Numbered from the stretch's first letter, positions 48,146 to 58,252 are shown. The stretch is DNA of 64,000 bases from a bacterium UBP4_UBA6127 (GCA_002428325.1 DIVR01000021.1:34486-98485), one strand, 5' to 3'. Translations and numbers: made by a program. Notes: generated by a model from the letters alone, not told the origin.

Positions 48146-50428
48146 ATGATGGACACCAGCAAAATAAAAAGGGTTCAGGTCAAGGTAAGCGGACGAGTCC
48201 AGGGAGTTGGCTTCCGCCCGACTGTTTATCTGTATGCCACTGAACTGGGATTATCAGGTTGGGTAGAGAATTCCACCCAGGGAGTCCTTCTGGAAATTGA
48301 AGGGCCGGAGGAAAAGATTGAAATATTTATTAAGAAATTAAAAGATTCCCCTCCCCCATTGGCTCTGGTCAAAAAAATTACGGTTACAGTCATCCCTTCC
48401 ATCGGAACCCCTGATTTTGTTATCTGGGAAAGCAGCCCACAGGGAGAGTCCGTAACCCTGATACCTATAGATACCTCTTTATGCAACCAGTGCAAAAGGG
48501 AAATGGATAACCCAGAAGACCGAAGATACCAGTATCCTTTTACTAATTGCACCCACTGCGGTCCCCGATATACCCTGATTGAAGATTTACCTTATGACCG
48601 GCCCCTGACCACCATGAAACATTTTCCTATGTGCCCCCAATGCCATGAGGAATATACCAATCCAGCTAATCGAAGATTCCATGCTCAACCGATATCCTGC
48701 CCTCATTGCGGGCCTCAGCTGAAACTATTGGGCCCTGAGGGTGAGATAATAACAGATTCTCCATTACAAAAAGCCATCGAATTATTGAAGAGTGGAGCTA
48801 TTTTGGGAATCAAAGGGATCGGGGGATACCATATAGCCTGTGATGCTACCAGTACTGAGGCTGTAAATAAACTCCGCCAAAGAAAACACCGACCCGATAA
48901 ACCTTTTGCTTTAATGATGCCGGATATGGAGACTATCCGGGACCTCTGCCAGGTTACCCCTGTGGAAGAATCCTTACTTACTTCTGCCCAGGCCCCTATT
49001 GTCCTGTTGGAAAGAAAACCCGAACATCTGCTGGCGGCTGAAGTTGCCCCCGATAATGACCGGCTGGGAGCCATGCTGCCTTATACTCCTCTGCATAGGC
49101 TGCTGATGAAAGATTTTATAGCCCTGGTCATGACCAGCGCCAACCTGTCGGAAGAACCTCTTATCAGCCAGGAAGAAGAATTAACAGAAATGCTGGGAAC
49201 AGTCATGGATGCAGCTCTCATCCATGACCGTTCCATTGCCCATAAATGCGATGATTCCATTATTAAGGTAATGACCGGGAAACCGGTCATGATACGCCGG
49301 GCCAGGGGATATGTCCCGGACCCTTTCACCCTTCCATATAATGGACCTAAAATCTTTGCGGCTGGCGCTGAGTTGAAAGCAGCTTTTGCCCTCACTCGGG
49401 ATAATTCAATCTATCTCTCCCAGCATTTAGGAGATTTGCAGAATTATAAGACCCTGGAAAATTACCAGTATGAATACCAATCCCTGACCCGACTCCTGGA
49501 AATTGAGCCAGAAGTAGCAGTCCACGACCTTCATCCTGATTATGGCTCCAGCCGATTTGCCCTGCAGCTGCCAGTTTCCAAGTTAATCGCCGTCCAGCAT
49601 CATCATGCCCATCTGGCAGCCTGTATGCTGGAAAACAAACTAACCGAACCGGTCATTGGGATTTGTTTTGATGGAACCGGATATGGGACAGATGGGCATA
49701 TCTGGGGAAGTGAATTCCTGGTGGGAGACTTTAGGAGTTTCACCCGGCAGGCTCATTTTGAATACCAGCCCATGCCGGGAGGAGATAAAGCCGCCGAAGA
49801 ACCCTGGAGGATGGCCCTGTCTTATCTGTATTCCGCCTATCAAGAAAATTGGCAGGAATCCAATCTGAAATGGCTGGATGAATTTCCTACCACTGATTTA
49901 ACGCTCATTAAACAAATGCTTGCTCTAAAAATAAATACCCCCCTGACCTGTGGTTTAGGCAGGCTTTTTGATGCCATTTATGGAATATTAGGCCACACGG
50001 GAAAAAGATGCCATGAAGGCCGAGGAGGAATGGTTCTGGAATCAATCGCCAATCCGATGATAGAAGAGAGTTATCCCCTCAATATCCTCCCTGATACGGA
50101 TGGCTGGACAATTTCTCCCCTTCCTATGGTCAGGGAGATATGCCAGGATATTAAATCCTCGCTGCCCTCTTCAACCATCTCCGGGAAATTTCATCAGACC
50201 CTGGCTCTGTCTTCTGCCAGAATCTGTGAACTTATAAGAGAAAAAACAAGCCTTCATAAAGTAGTACTAACCGGTGGATGTTTCCAAAATTCACTTTTAA
50301 CTTTTAAGACTAAATCCATTCTGCAAGTCATGGGGTTTGACGTATATACCCACTCCCAAATTCCTCCCAATGACGGGGGGATATCTTTTGGGCAGGCAGG
50401 GGTTGCATTAGACCAGTTACATAAATAA
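48146..50428 (+). CDS. hypF: [NiFe]-hydrogenase maturation carbamoyltransferase HypF
   Basis: N-terminal acylphosphatase domain (VKVSGRVQGVGFRPTVY...GWVENSTQGV). Two Zn-finger repeats (CNQCKREMDNPEDRRYQYPFTNCTHCGPRYT; CPQCHEEYTNPANRRFHAQPISCPHCGP). A YrdC-like domain, then a Kae1/HypF carbamoyltransferase domain. 760 aa. Confidence 0.95.
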   Translation: MMDTSKIKRVQVKVSGRVQGVGFRPTVYLYATELGLSGWVENSTQGVLLEIEGPEEKIEIFIKKLKDSPPPLALVKKITVTVIPSIGTPDFVIWESSPQGESVTLIPIDTSLCNQCKREMDNPEDRRYQYPFTNCTHCGPRYTLIEDLPYDRPLTTMKHFPMCPQCHEEYTNPANRRFHAQPISCPHCGPQLKLLGPEGEIITDSPLQKAIELLKSGAILGIKGIGGYHIACDATSTEAVNKLRQRKHRPDKPFALMMPDMETIRDLCQVTPVEESLLTSAQAPIVLLERKPEHLLAAEVAPDNDRLGAMLPYTPLHRLLMKDFIALVMTSANLSEEPLISQEEELTEMLGTVMDAALIHDRSIAHKCDDSIIKVMTGKPVMIRRARGYVPDPFTLPYNGPKIFAAGAELKAAFALTRDNSIYLSQHLGDLQNYKTLENYQYEYQSLTRLLEIEPEVAVHDLHPDYGSSRFALQLPVSKLIAVQHHHAHLAACMLENKLTEPVIGICFDGTGYGTDGHIWGSEFLVGDFRSFTRQAHFEYQPMPGGDKAAEEPWRMALSYLYSAYQENWQESNLKWLDEFPTTDLTLIKQMLALKINTPLTCGLGRLFDAIYGILGHTGKRCHEGRGGMVLESIANPMIEESYPLNILPDTDGWTISPLPMVREICQDIKSSLPSSTISGKFHQTLALSSARICELIREKTSLHKVVLTGGCFQNSLLTFKTKSILQVMGFDVYTHSQIPPNDGGISFGQAGVALDQLHK

Positions 50429-50546
50429 TAATAAGGGCAGTATATTTTATAGTTTCCTTTAGATAAGATAGCATTAAGGGTTAAGAGACAGTTGAATAAT
50501 AAGAGGGGAGATTCTTTCGATTTGAATCGAAGGAAATGAATGACAC

Positions 50547-52382
50547 ATGAAAACAACAGCAGGGAAAACCCTTCCAAAAGTAAAATCAGGTACTAATAAG
50601 AAGAAATCAACTAAATCTGAAAATAGTTCCACCCTGGTTCAGTATCCTGTATCATCCCATTTACTAGAACTTATGACCGAGAAAGCTCCCTATGGCCTCT
50701 ATATCTATAACCTCCAACAAGCCAGAAATATCTATGCCAATAAGCAAGCTGAAGCCATTTTCGGTTGTACCCAAAAAGAATTATTGAAAGAACGTTCGGA
50801 TTTCTTTATTAAGCGAATCCATCCTGATGATTTACATGTTCTGGAATCTTTTCCCAAGCAAGTTAAAGAAGCTAAAAAAGGCGAAACAATCTGTAATTCC
50901 TATCGAATCAAAACCAATACGGGAAGATGGCGCTGGATCCAAAGCCGGGAAATTGTCATTACCCGGGATAAAAAGGGTAAACCCCTGGAACTTCTGGGTA
51001 CGGCTATTGATATTACCAAACAAAAAAATGCCGAAAATAAAATTCAAATATATCAGCAAAAGCTGGAAGAACAAGTTGATAAAAGAACAAATCAATATAA
51101 GGAAGCCAGTCTGAAACTGAAAACCAGAAATCAGGAATTATTAAAGCTTCAGACCCAGGTCAAAATATCAGAAGAAATGCATCGAAATCTGGTGAATTCG
51201 GCTAAAGACATCATTTTCACCCTGGGAAAAGAGGGGATTATTCTTTCCTTGAATCCAGTTTTCGAGAAGGTTACCGGGTGGAAACGAAAAGACTTTCTGG
51301 GAAAACCTGTATATTCAGTGATTCACCCTGAAGAAGAAATTGCCATTCGTAATTCCTTGAAAAATTACCGGGCTTTCAAACAATTACCCCTGCAATATTA
51401 TCGACTCCGTAAAAAAGATGGTAAATACCTGGTTATGGAAGTTACCGGAAATTGCTTAAAAGTAAAAGATGGTTCTCGACAGGTCTTGGGAGTAGCCAGA
51501 GATTTGACTGAGCGGATGTCTATCCAAGATGCTTTACAGGATAGTGAAGCGATTAATACAGCTTTATTGAATGCCTCCCCTGATGGGGCTATGATTGTTA
51601 ACAAGGCTGGGGAAGTCCTTTCTTTGAATGATACTATGGCCACCCGGATAGGACTGCCTCGAGAGAAACTCATTGGGATGAAAATCCTGGATTATCTCCC
51701 TCCGGCTATATCCAAAGAGCGCACTGACCAGATTCGTAAAGTGATTGAATCCACCCAACCGACCTGGTTTGAAGAAACTAAAAATGGCACCCATTTGAAT
51801 GTCGTTATCTATCCTATTGTGGATAAAAACAAATCAGTGGAAAAGGTCGCCATCTTTGTCAGAGATATTACAGAATTCAGAAGAATTGAAGAAGCTTTAC
51901 GATCCCTTTCACTTCTGGATGATTTGACCAGTCTGCATAATCGGAGAGGCTTTGTGAACTTGGGTAAGCAATTTCTAAAAATGGCCCAACGACAGGGTAA
52001 AAATCTGGTATTATTCTATGCCGACCTGGATGGGATGAAACATATCAATGATGAATATGGCCACCGAGAAGGAGACTGGGCCTTAAAAAAAGTGGGAGAT
52101 GTACTCAGAGATTCCTTCCGAAAATCAGATTTACTGGCCCGAATCGGTGGGGATGAATTTGTGGTCCTTGCCATGGAATCCCAGGATTTCCGGGTGGATA
52201 GTGTAGTAGAGAGGATTAAATCCGGGTTGAATGATATCAACAAAACCAGCGGTAAGCCTGTCCAACTCTCCTTGAGTGTCGGATGGAAAAAGTATGACCC
52301 TGCTAATCCAGCCCTGATTGATGACCTGTTGGAAGCAGCTGACCGGGTCATGTATGAGGAAAAAAAGAAAAAGAAAGTTTAA
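50547..52382 (+). CDS. PAS-domain sensor diguanylate cyclase (GGDEF)
   Basis: Three PAS-like modules, then a GGDEF domain with an intact active site RIGGDEFVVL and an upstream RxxD-like region. 611 aa. Confidence 0.85.
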   Translation: MKTTAGKTLPKVKSGTNKKKSTKSENSSTLVQYPVSSHLLELMTEKAPYGLYIYNLQQARNIYANKQAEAIFGCTQKELLKERSDFFIKRIHPDDLHVLESFPKQVKEAKKGETICNSYRIKTNTGRWRWIQSREIVITRDKKGKPLELLGTAIDITKQKNAENKIQIYQQKLEEQVDKRTNQYKEASLKLKTRNQELLKLQTQVKISEEMHRNLVNSAKDIIFTLGKEGIILSLNPVFEKVTGWKRKDFLGKPVYSVIHPEEEIAIRNSLKNYRAFKQLPLQYYRLRKKDGKYLVMEVTGNCLKVKDGSRQVLGVARDLTERMSIQDALQDSEAINTALLNASPDGAMIVNKAGEVLSLNDTMATRIGLPREKLIGMKILDYLPPAISKERTDQIRKVIESTQPTWFEETKNGTHLNVVIYPIVDKNKSVEKVAIFVRDITEFRRIEEALRSLSLLDDLTSLHNRRGFVNLGKQFLKMAQRQGKNLVLFYADLDGMKHINDEYGHREGDWALKKVGDVLRDSFRKSDLLARIGGDEFVVLAMESQDFRVDSVVERIKSGLNDINKTSGKPVQLSLSVGWKKYDPANPALIDDLLEAADRVMYEEKKKKKV

Positions 52383-52527
52383 CTCCGTCTCATCCTTTCT
52401 CTGATTCAGTTATAATAAGATTTTGAGGAAAGGGTCCTTCTGATATTATTCATCCAGCCTTTTTCTTTTGTTCTAAATAAATACTCTGTTTTTTATCCAA
52501 AATCCTTTTTAAAGGAAGTTTTTTATT

Positions 52528-52743
52528 GTGTGTTTAGCCATTCCTGCCAAAATCGTTGAACTGCTGGATAACCAGATGATTCAGGTCGATTTTTCCGGCA
52601 ACCTCAGGGAAGTCAGCGCCGCCTTGATTGATACTCCTCAGGTGGGAGAATATGTCCTGGTCCATGCAGGCTTTGCCATTGAAATATTGGATGAGCAAAC
52701 AGCCATCCAAATCAAGAAAGACATTGAGGCCCTCCAACAATGA
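52528..52743 (+). CDS. hypC: Hydrogenase maturation factor HypC/HupF
   Basis: Starts MCLAIPAKIVEL (the essential Cys2 motif). 71 aa. 4-bp overlap with hypD. Confidence 0.9.
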   Translation: MCLAIPAKIVELLDNQMIQVDFSGNLREVSAALIDTPQVGEYVLVHAGFAIEILDEQTAIQIKKDIEALQQ

Positions 52744-53852
52744 CCCATCCTCTGGATATGGTAAGAAACCCTCAATGGGTCAAAGCTCAAATTACTGAAC
52801 TCCATGAATTATCAAGAAAGCTGAAAGATCGTTCCCTGAGTTTCATGGAGGTCTGTGGGACTCATACGATGTCTGTCTTCAGGAATGGAATCCATTCCTT
52901 ACTTCCTGATAACATCCATCTGGTTTCAGGACCCGGTTGCCCTGTCTGTGTAACCCCTTCTTCTTTGGTAGATATGGCATTGGAACTGGCAGCCCAACCC
53001 AATGTAATTGTAACCACCTTCGGGGATATGATGAAAGTCCCAGGTAAAGTTACCAGTCTTTCCCGGCAAAAAGCTTCAGGGTCTGACATCCGAGTAGTCT
53101 ATTCTCCCCTGGATGCTCTGGCTCTGGCAAAAGATTATCCTGACCAGGAGATTGTCTTTATTGGGGTGGGATTTGAAACCACAGCACCAGCCATCGGGGC
53201 AACCATCCAAATCGCCGCTCAAAATAATATTCAGAATTTTTCAGTCCTTTGTTCCCATAAAACCATGCCCCGAGCCATGCGGGCAATTGTGGAAGCAGGA
53301 GAAATCAATATCAACGGCTTTCTTTGTCCAGGCCATGTCAGCGCTGTAACTGGCTCTAACCTGTTTAATTTCATCCCGGAGGATTATCATCTTCCCTGTG
53401 TCGTGGCTGGTTTTGAAGCCGGGGATATCCTGCAGGGGTTGGTTATGTTGACCCGCCAAATTCTGGATAATAGAGCTGAAGTAGAAATCCAGTATCAACG
53501 GTGTGTAAGTTTGGAAGGCAATCTTAAAGCCCAGGCAGTGATTCAAGAAGTTTTTGAACCCTGTGATACCGAATGGAGAGGATTTGGGATTATCCCCGGC
53601 TCAGGATTAAAAATCAAAAAATCTTATTCCACCTGGGATGCTGAAATCAAGTTTGCCCTGATTGCTCCTGAATCAGTTCCAGTTCCCGGCTGCCTTTGCG
53701 GAGAAATACTGCGAGGGGTCAAAACCCCGGCTGATTGTGCCTTATTTGGGACTCGATGCACTCCTGAAGACCCCGTAGGTGCCTGCATGGTCTCTAATGA
53801 AGGGACATGCGCTGCCTATTTCAGATATCACCGGGATTTCCTTTCTCGTTAA
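52740..53852 (+). CDS. hypD: Hydrogenase maturation factor HypD
   Basis: Motifs EVCGTHT (CGxH), GPGCPVC, GFETTAP and C-terminal CxCGEIL...CALFG..C. 370 aa. Confidence 0.9.
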   Translation: MTHPLDMVRNPQWVKAQITELHELSRKLKDRSLSFMEVCGTHTMSVFRNGIHSLLPDNIHLVSGPGCPVCVTPSSLVDMALELAAQPNVIVTTFGDMMKVPGKVTSLSRQKASGSDIRVVYSPLDALALAKDYPDQEIVFIGVGFETTAPAIGATIQIAAQNNIQNFSVLCSHKTMPRAMRAIVEAGEININGFLCPGHVSAVTGSNLFNFIPEDYHLPCVVAGFEAGDILQGLVMLTRQILDNRAEVEIQYQRCVSLEGNLKAQAVIQEVFEPCDTEWRGFGIIPGSGLKIKKSYSTWDAEIKFALIAPESVPVPGCLCGEILRGVKTPADCALFGTRCTPEDPVGACMVSNEGTCAAYFRYHRDFLSR

Positions 53853-53932
53853 TTTCTTATTATAATAATCAATATGGTTCATATTTCATCAGGTAACTCC
53901 ATCTATCTACCGATTATTTCTTTCCTGGCAAT

Positions 53933-53990
53933 CAGGTCCCGATAAGCCAGTCCCAGGAAAAGTGTATCTACTCACCGGGACCCTTTTTAC
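53933..53990 (+). terminator. Putative intrinsic terminator after hypD
   Basis: GGTCCCG ... CGGGACC stem enclosing a structured loop, followed by CTTTTTAC. The long loop lowers confidence. Confidence 0.4.
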
Positions 53991-54060
53991 TTCACAAATA
54001 AGATTCTCCTAAATTATCACCATCGGCTTAAGAACTGCATTTTCTAAATGAAGTATTCTT

Positions 54061-55506
54061 ATGCTCCAATTTGTATCCTGGGAAAATATTCTCCCAGGCA
54101 TGAACAGGATTTTAAGAATGAAAACATATAATACTACCGAAGAAATATCCATTACAGGCCTTTTGAAGCTGGCAGGCCCTGTCATGTTATCTCAAGCAAC
54201 AGTTTTTTTATGCGGTATCACTGATTTAATTTTTATTAAAAGTTTCGGCAGCGTTGCCATCAGCGCTGTTTCTATCGCTAACGTTCTGGCATTTACTCTG
54301 TTAAGTTTCTTAGAAGGATTAAGAACTACCACCACCGTGTTTATCAGTAAATCCAGAGCAATGAATAAAACAGAAGAAGCAGGCAATACCTTTTCTTTTG
54401 CGTTACTCATAGGGTCTCTGATTGGAATTTTCTTCCTGGCAACCGCCTGGCCTCTCAGCCATCAAGTCTTTTCCCAGATAGGGAATGGAGAATATATGCG
54501 GTATGGCAAAGAGTATCTTTTTTATGAGTTTTCTGCTTTCCCCTTATTTCTATTATTCATGGTATTAGCAGGATATTTTCATGGGATTCATGATACCCGC
54601 TCTCCACTCATAGCCACTCTGATTATTGGGTTGTTGAACGGAATCCTGGATGCTTTATTCATCACAGGAGTAGCCGGCTGGAAAGGATTTGGAGTTCCGG
54701 GTTCTGCCCTTGCCAGCCTAATATCCCATGCAGCCGGTGTTTCCTATCTGGGTAGCAGATATTATCAGCTCTTGCAAAAAAAGGACCCCAGAGGGATTCC
54801 ACTCTCCAAGCCATGGAAAACAACCCAACGAAAGTATCTGAAAATGTGTTTTGAAGTGGGGTTCTATACCGGATTGATGAATCTTGCGCTATTTTTCTTT
54901 GTAGGAATAATCAACCAGTTGGGTCCGGATGCTCTGGCTTCCCATCAAGTCAGTTTCCAGATTTTCCTCCTGTCTTATCTACCAGGGACCGGTTTTATGG
55001 TTGCAGCCACCATTCTCCTCCCTGCGCTGCAGCAAAAGAACAAAACGCAATTATTGATTCAGGGTGTTTGGCGGATTCTGAAACCCAGTATCATTTTGGC
55101 TGCATTTGTAGCTGCCATTCTGGAAGTTTCGGCACCCTGGATAGCAAATTTTTTTCTACCGGGGAATCCTGTTGCCATTGGTTGGACAACCCATACACTT
55201 AGAATTGTGGGGTTAATTCAATTGTTGAGCTCAATTTACCTGGTCCTCAGGGGAACTCTGACAGCTCTGAGAGATACCCGGTATATTGCCGTCATGGGTC
55301 TGATAACGGGATATATCATTTTTCTTCCCATGGCCTGTCTTTTCACTGGCTTTATCAAAGGAGGAATTTCGGGAGGATATTGGGCCTTCCTGGGATGGTC
55401 ACTGGCTGATGTACTCTTCCTGGGATTCAGAGTCTTACACCAAATGAAGATACCTTTTTTAAATTTATTCATGAAAAAGAGTATTAAATCCATCATAAAC
55501 AACTGA
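54061..55506 (+). CDS. MATE family efflux transporter
   Basis: 12 TM. N-terminal LLKLAGPVMLSQATVF is typical of MATE. The true start is likely MKTYNTTEE at about 54118. 481 aa as given by the track. Confidence 0.7.
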   Translation: MLQFVSWENILPGMNRILRMKTYNTTEEISITGLLKLAGPVMLSQATVFLCGITDLIFIKSFGSVAISAVSIANVLAFTLLSFLEGLRTTTTVFISKSRAMNKTEEAGNTFSFALLIGSLIGIFFLATAWPLSHQVFSQIGNGEYMRYGKEYLFYEFSAFPLFLLFMVLAGYFHGIHDTRSPLIATLIIGLLNGILDALFITGVAGWKGFGVPGSALASLISHAAGVSYLGSRYYQLLQKKDPRGIPLSKPWKTTQRKYLKMCFEVGFYTGLMNLALFFFVGIINQLGPDALASHQVSFQIFLLSYLPGTGFMVAATILLPALQQKNKTQLLIQGVWRILKPSIILAAFVAAILEVSAPWIANFFLPGNPVAIGWTTHTLRIVGLIQLLSSIYLVLRGTLTALRDTRYIAVMGLITGYIIFLPMACLFTGFIKGGISGGYWAFLGWSLADVLFLGFRVLHQMKIPFLNLFMKKSIKSIINN

Positions 55507-55526
55507 TTCTGATATTTTATTTCCAT

Positions 55527-55552
55527 GAGGGAGCTTCTCTCCCTCTTTTTTT
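55527..55552 (+). terminator. Rho-independent terminator after the MATE gene
   Basis: GAGGGAG-cttc-TCTCCCTC followed by a T7 run. Confidence 0.7.
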
Positions 55553-55616
55553 CAATACTTTTAGCTGATTAATGATAAAATAATCCAATTATTTTCAGGT
55601 CGGTTATAATTCATAG

Positions 55617-56252
55617 ATGAAGATTAACGAAATATACACTTCCATCCAGGGTGAATCCACCTGGGCAGGGTTGCCTTGTGTCTTTATCAGGACATCAGGC
55701 TGTAATCTGCGCTGTAATTATTGTGATACCACCTTTGCTTATAATGAGGGGAAAGAGATGAGCCTTCCCCAAATATTGAGGAAAGTGGAATCATATGGTC
55801 TGCCTTTGGTGGAATTAACAGGAGGTGAACCTCTCCTCCAGCCTGAATCTCCCCAATTAGTCAGGGAACTCTGTGAGAAAAACTATACCGTCCTGGTGGA
55901 AACCTCCGGTAGTATCGATATCTCTTCCCTGGACCCTCGGTGTATCAGAATCATGGACCTCAAATGCCCTTCCTCAGGGGAAATGGAATCCATGCATTGG
56001 GATAATATCAGGCATCTTCGGCCTCGGGATGAGATTAAATTTGTCATTGGGGATGAAAGGGATTTTTACTGGTCTTTAAATGTCATTAGGCAACATCAAC
56101 TGGACCAGAAATGTTCTATCCTCTTTGCCTGTGTCTTTGGCACCCTCTCCCCTAAACTCCTGGCAGAATGGATGCTTCAGGAAAAGGTCAATGCCAGGCT
56201 CCAGCTCCAGCTTCATAAATATATCTGGGACCCAAAACAAAGAAAAGTTTAA
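55617..56252 (+). CDS. queE: 7-carboxy-7-deazaguanine synthase QueE (radical SAM)
   Basis: MKINEIYTSIQGES...VFIRTSGCNLRCNYCDTTF (CxxxCxxC) and LTGGEPLLQ. 211 aa. Confidence 0.8.
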   Translation: MKINEIYTSIQGESTWAGLPCVFIRTSGCNLRCNYCDTTFAYNEGKEMSLPQILRKVESYGLPLVELTGGEPLLQPESPQLVRELCEKNYTVLVETSGSIDISSLDPRCIRIMDLKCPSSGEMESMHWDNIRHLRPRDEIKFVIGDERDFYWSLNVIRQHQLDQKCSILFACVFGTLSPKLLAEWMLQEKVNARLQLQLHKYIWDPKQRKV

Positions 56253-56476
56253 GGGGAATCGCTGCATTCTTTTTTCTCATTGGTTCATGGGGCTGAAATC
56301 AATCCACCTGATCACCTCAAACCCTCGATTACCACTGTTATCTTAGACTGCCTGCAAGACTTTTTTTGAGAGGGCTGTCTGTGAAAAAGTTTCTCCCTTC
56401 TTCAATCAGAAATAAATAAAGCGATTGGTTTTACCCAATCACCCTTCTATATAGATAACAGTTTTACAAGTTATGC

Positions 56477-57139
56477 TTAGGACCATTTATACCAATAAGG
56501 CTTTATTCTCTTGAGTCTGTATTTTGTATAATGGGCTTTCTGAGGATTGTCATTTGATATATAAAGATGACCTCCTACTGAAAAAGGTCCATATCCACCA
56601 GTTAAAAACCTGATAATTAATGTACCATCCTCATTTTTATCGACAATAGCGCCATTAGCTGGTAATTCTAAAGGAGTTTCATAAAACGAATCAGCTTGAG
56701 GCTTTATTCTATGATTCTTAATATCGTCCGTCATCCTCTCAAATTCAGGAAAATGTTGATTAAATTGCCGTTCTTGTAATTGAGAATAAATACTGCCTCC
56801 CAACAACCCAATTATTGGTATAAACAATAGAGTAATAGCTAAAGGAAGCATATAACTCCAGATAATTCTATGTTTTTCATAATATCTTATTATTATTTCA
56901 ATACTGCCTAGGATAAAAAAGATCAAAATACTTCCAACATAAAGGCCAAAATAACTTATCCAAATCATTGAAATGGACATAAGAGGATTGTTGATTGGAA
57001 TAAATCCTAAAATAACTTCAATAAGGAATAATATTATTCCAATACTTAGCATAACAGTTGATAATACATTTATAGTTTTCATAATTCTATTCAGAATAAG
57101 CATACCAATGAGGTTTGATTTTACGAATCTTCCGATCAT
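56477..57139 (-). CDS. Membrane protein, candidate immunity protein for the adjacent Rhs toxin fragment
   Basis: 220 aa. 4 TM N-terminal half plus a soluble C-terminal domain ending ...GGHLYISNDNPQKAHYTKYRLKRIKPYWYKWS. AT-rich codon usage, unlike surrounding genes. Confidence 0.45.
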   Translation of the reverse strand: MIGRFVKSNLIGMLILNRIMKTINVLSTVMLSIGIILFLIEVILGFIPINNPLMSISMIWISYFGLYVGSILIFFILGSIEIIIRYYEKHRIIWSYMLPLAITLLFIPIIGLLGGSIYSQLQERQFNQHFPEFERMTDDIKNHRIKPQADSFYETPLELPANGAIVDKNEDGTLIIRFLTGGYGPFSVGGHLYISNDNPQKAHYTKYRLKRIKPYWYKWS

Positions 57140-57305
57140 CTATTAAGCCTATGCTCTTATCATCTGATAAATACAAATATCCACCTCTTAACTCTGGTAT
57201 TCTCCCAAAAGTGCAAAACTGAATAACCTGAGTAACCTGATTTCCATTACCTTTAATATTTGATAAAAATATCCTGTCAGCAGGAAACCCATATTGTATT
57301 AACAT
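57087..57305 (-). CDS. Short paralog/fragment of the immunity-like C-terminal domain
   Basis: 72 aa. ...GFPADRIFLSNIKGNGNQVTQVIQF...GGYLYLSDD...RKIKPHWYAYSE aligns with the C-terminal domain of the 56477..57139 protein. Confidence 0.4.
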   Translation of the reverse strand: MLIQYGFPADRIFLSNIKGNGNQVTQVIQFCTFGRIPELRGGYLYLSDDKSIGLIDDRKIRKIKPHWYAYSE

Positions 57306-57493
57306 ATCTATTCCTTAAACAATCGGTTTAACATTCTATTTGCTTGAGAATTAGTGGGTCCCGCTATTATTCCTTTATATGCATAAGGTAATCTTGTCCA
57401 CTGTTTTCTTATTAAACCCATTTTAGGACCCCAATTTTTATAACCAGAAGGATACCGAAAAGGATCACTCAAATAATGTATCTTGGGAGTAAC

Positions 57494-58252
57494 CTAATTA
57501 CCATTCCAAATAGACCTTGGACCACCCCATCGAACAGGTAACCAGTGAGAAAATTCCATTCCACTTTCCTTTACACCAGCAGCTTTTATACCAGCACCAT
57601 ATCCTAATAAGATATTCCATGCGACTCCAGACAATTCACCTGCTTTATATAATGAGGAACAATGATCAACAAAATCATCAGCTCCATTTGCTTTTCTTAT
57701 CACACGAGTCAAACCAAATGTAATATTATCAGCAAAACCTGCAGAGTAATCACCAGCATCTCTTAATATATCTTCCCAGTAATCAAGTCCATCAGGATCA
57801 TAACCATTGACCGGATCATTGAAACAGAACTGATACAGATTCGGCCCATCCAATCCCAAAGGTTCAGGGGAAAGCCATCTCCCCAATTCCGGGTCATACC
57901 ACCGGGCGCCGAAATAATAAAGGTCGATATACCCATCTTCCTGGCCTCTTTCATGGAGATGGAGGTCATTATCCGCATACCCGGTGGAAGATATTATATT
58001 CCCGAAAGCTTCCTGATTGTAAGTGGCAATAATACTACCCGTGGAATCAGAGATAAACAGCACATTTCCAATGGGGTCGGTATGGTACCAATAATCAATG
58101 CCGCCTTTACGGATACTGATGACTCGGTTCAGGGAAGAAGGCAGGCTATGGTAATAGGTATTGGAGACAGTGGCTCCCTGATAGATTTCTCGTTCTTGGA
58201 TGACATTATTCCCATCAAAGTAATATTGGTTCTGGGTCAGCTTTGCTTCAAC
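57494..58252 (-). pseudogene. 5'-truncated Rhs/YD-repeat protein C-terminal fragment (orphan Rhs-CT toxin cassette)
   Basis: The open frame runs from a stop at 58253-58255 with no ATG. The only canonical start is a GTG at 58063, in the middle of a YD repeat. YD repeats: ...GIDYWYHTDPIGNVLFISDSTGSIIATYNQEAFGN... RHS core: DLYYFGARWYDPELGRWLSPEPLGLDGPNLYQFCFNDPVNGYDPDGL. The variable C-terminal toxin domain is about 100 aa. Confidence 0.6.
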
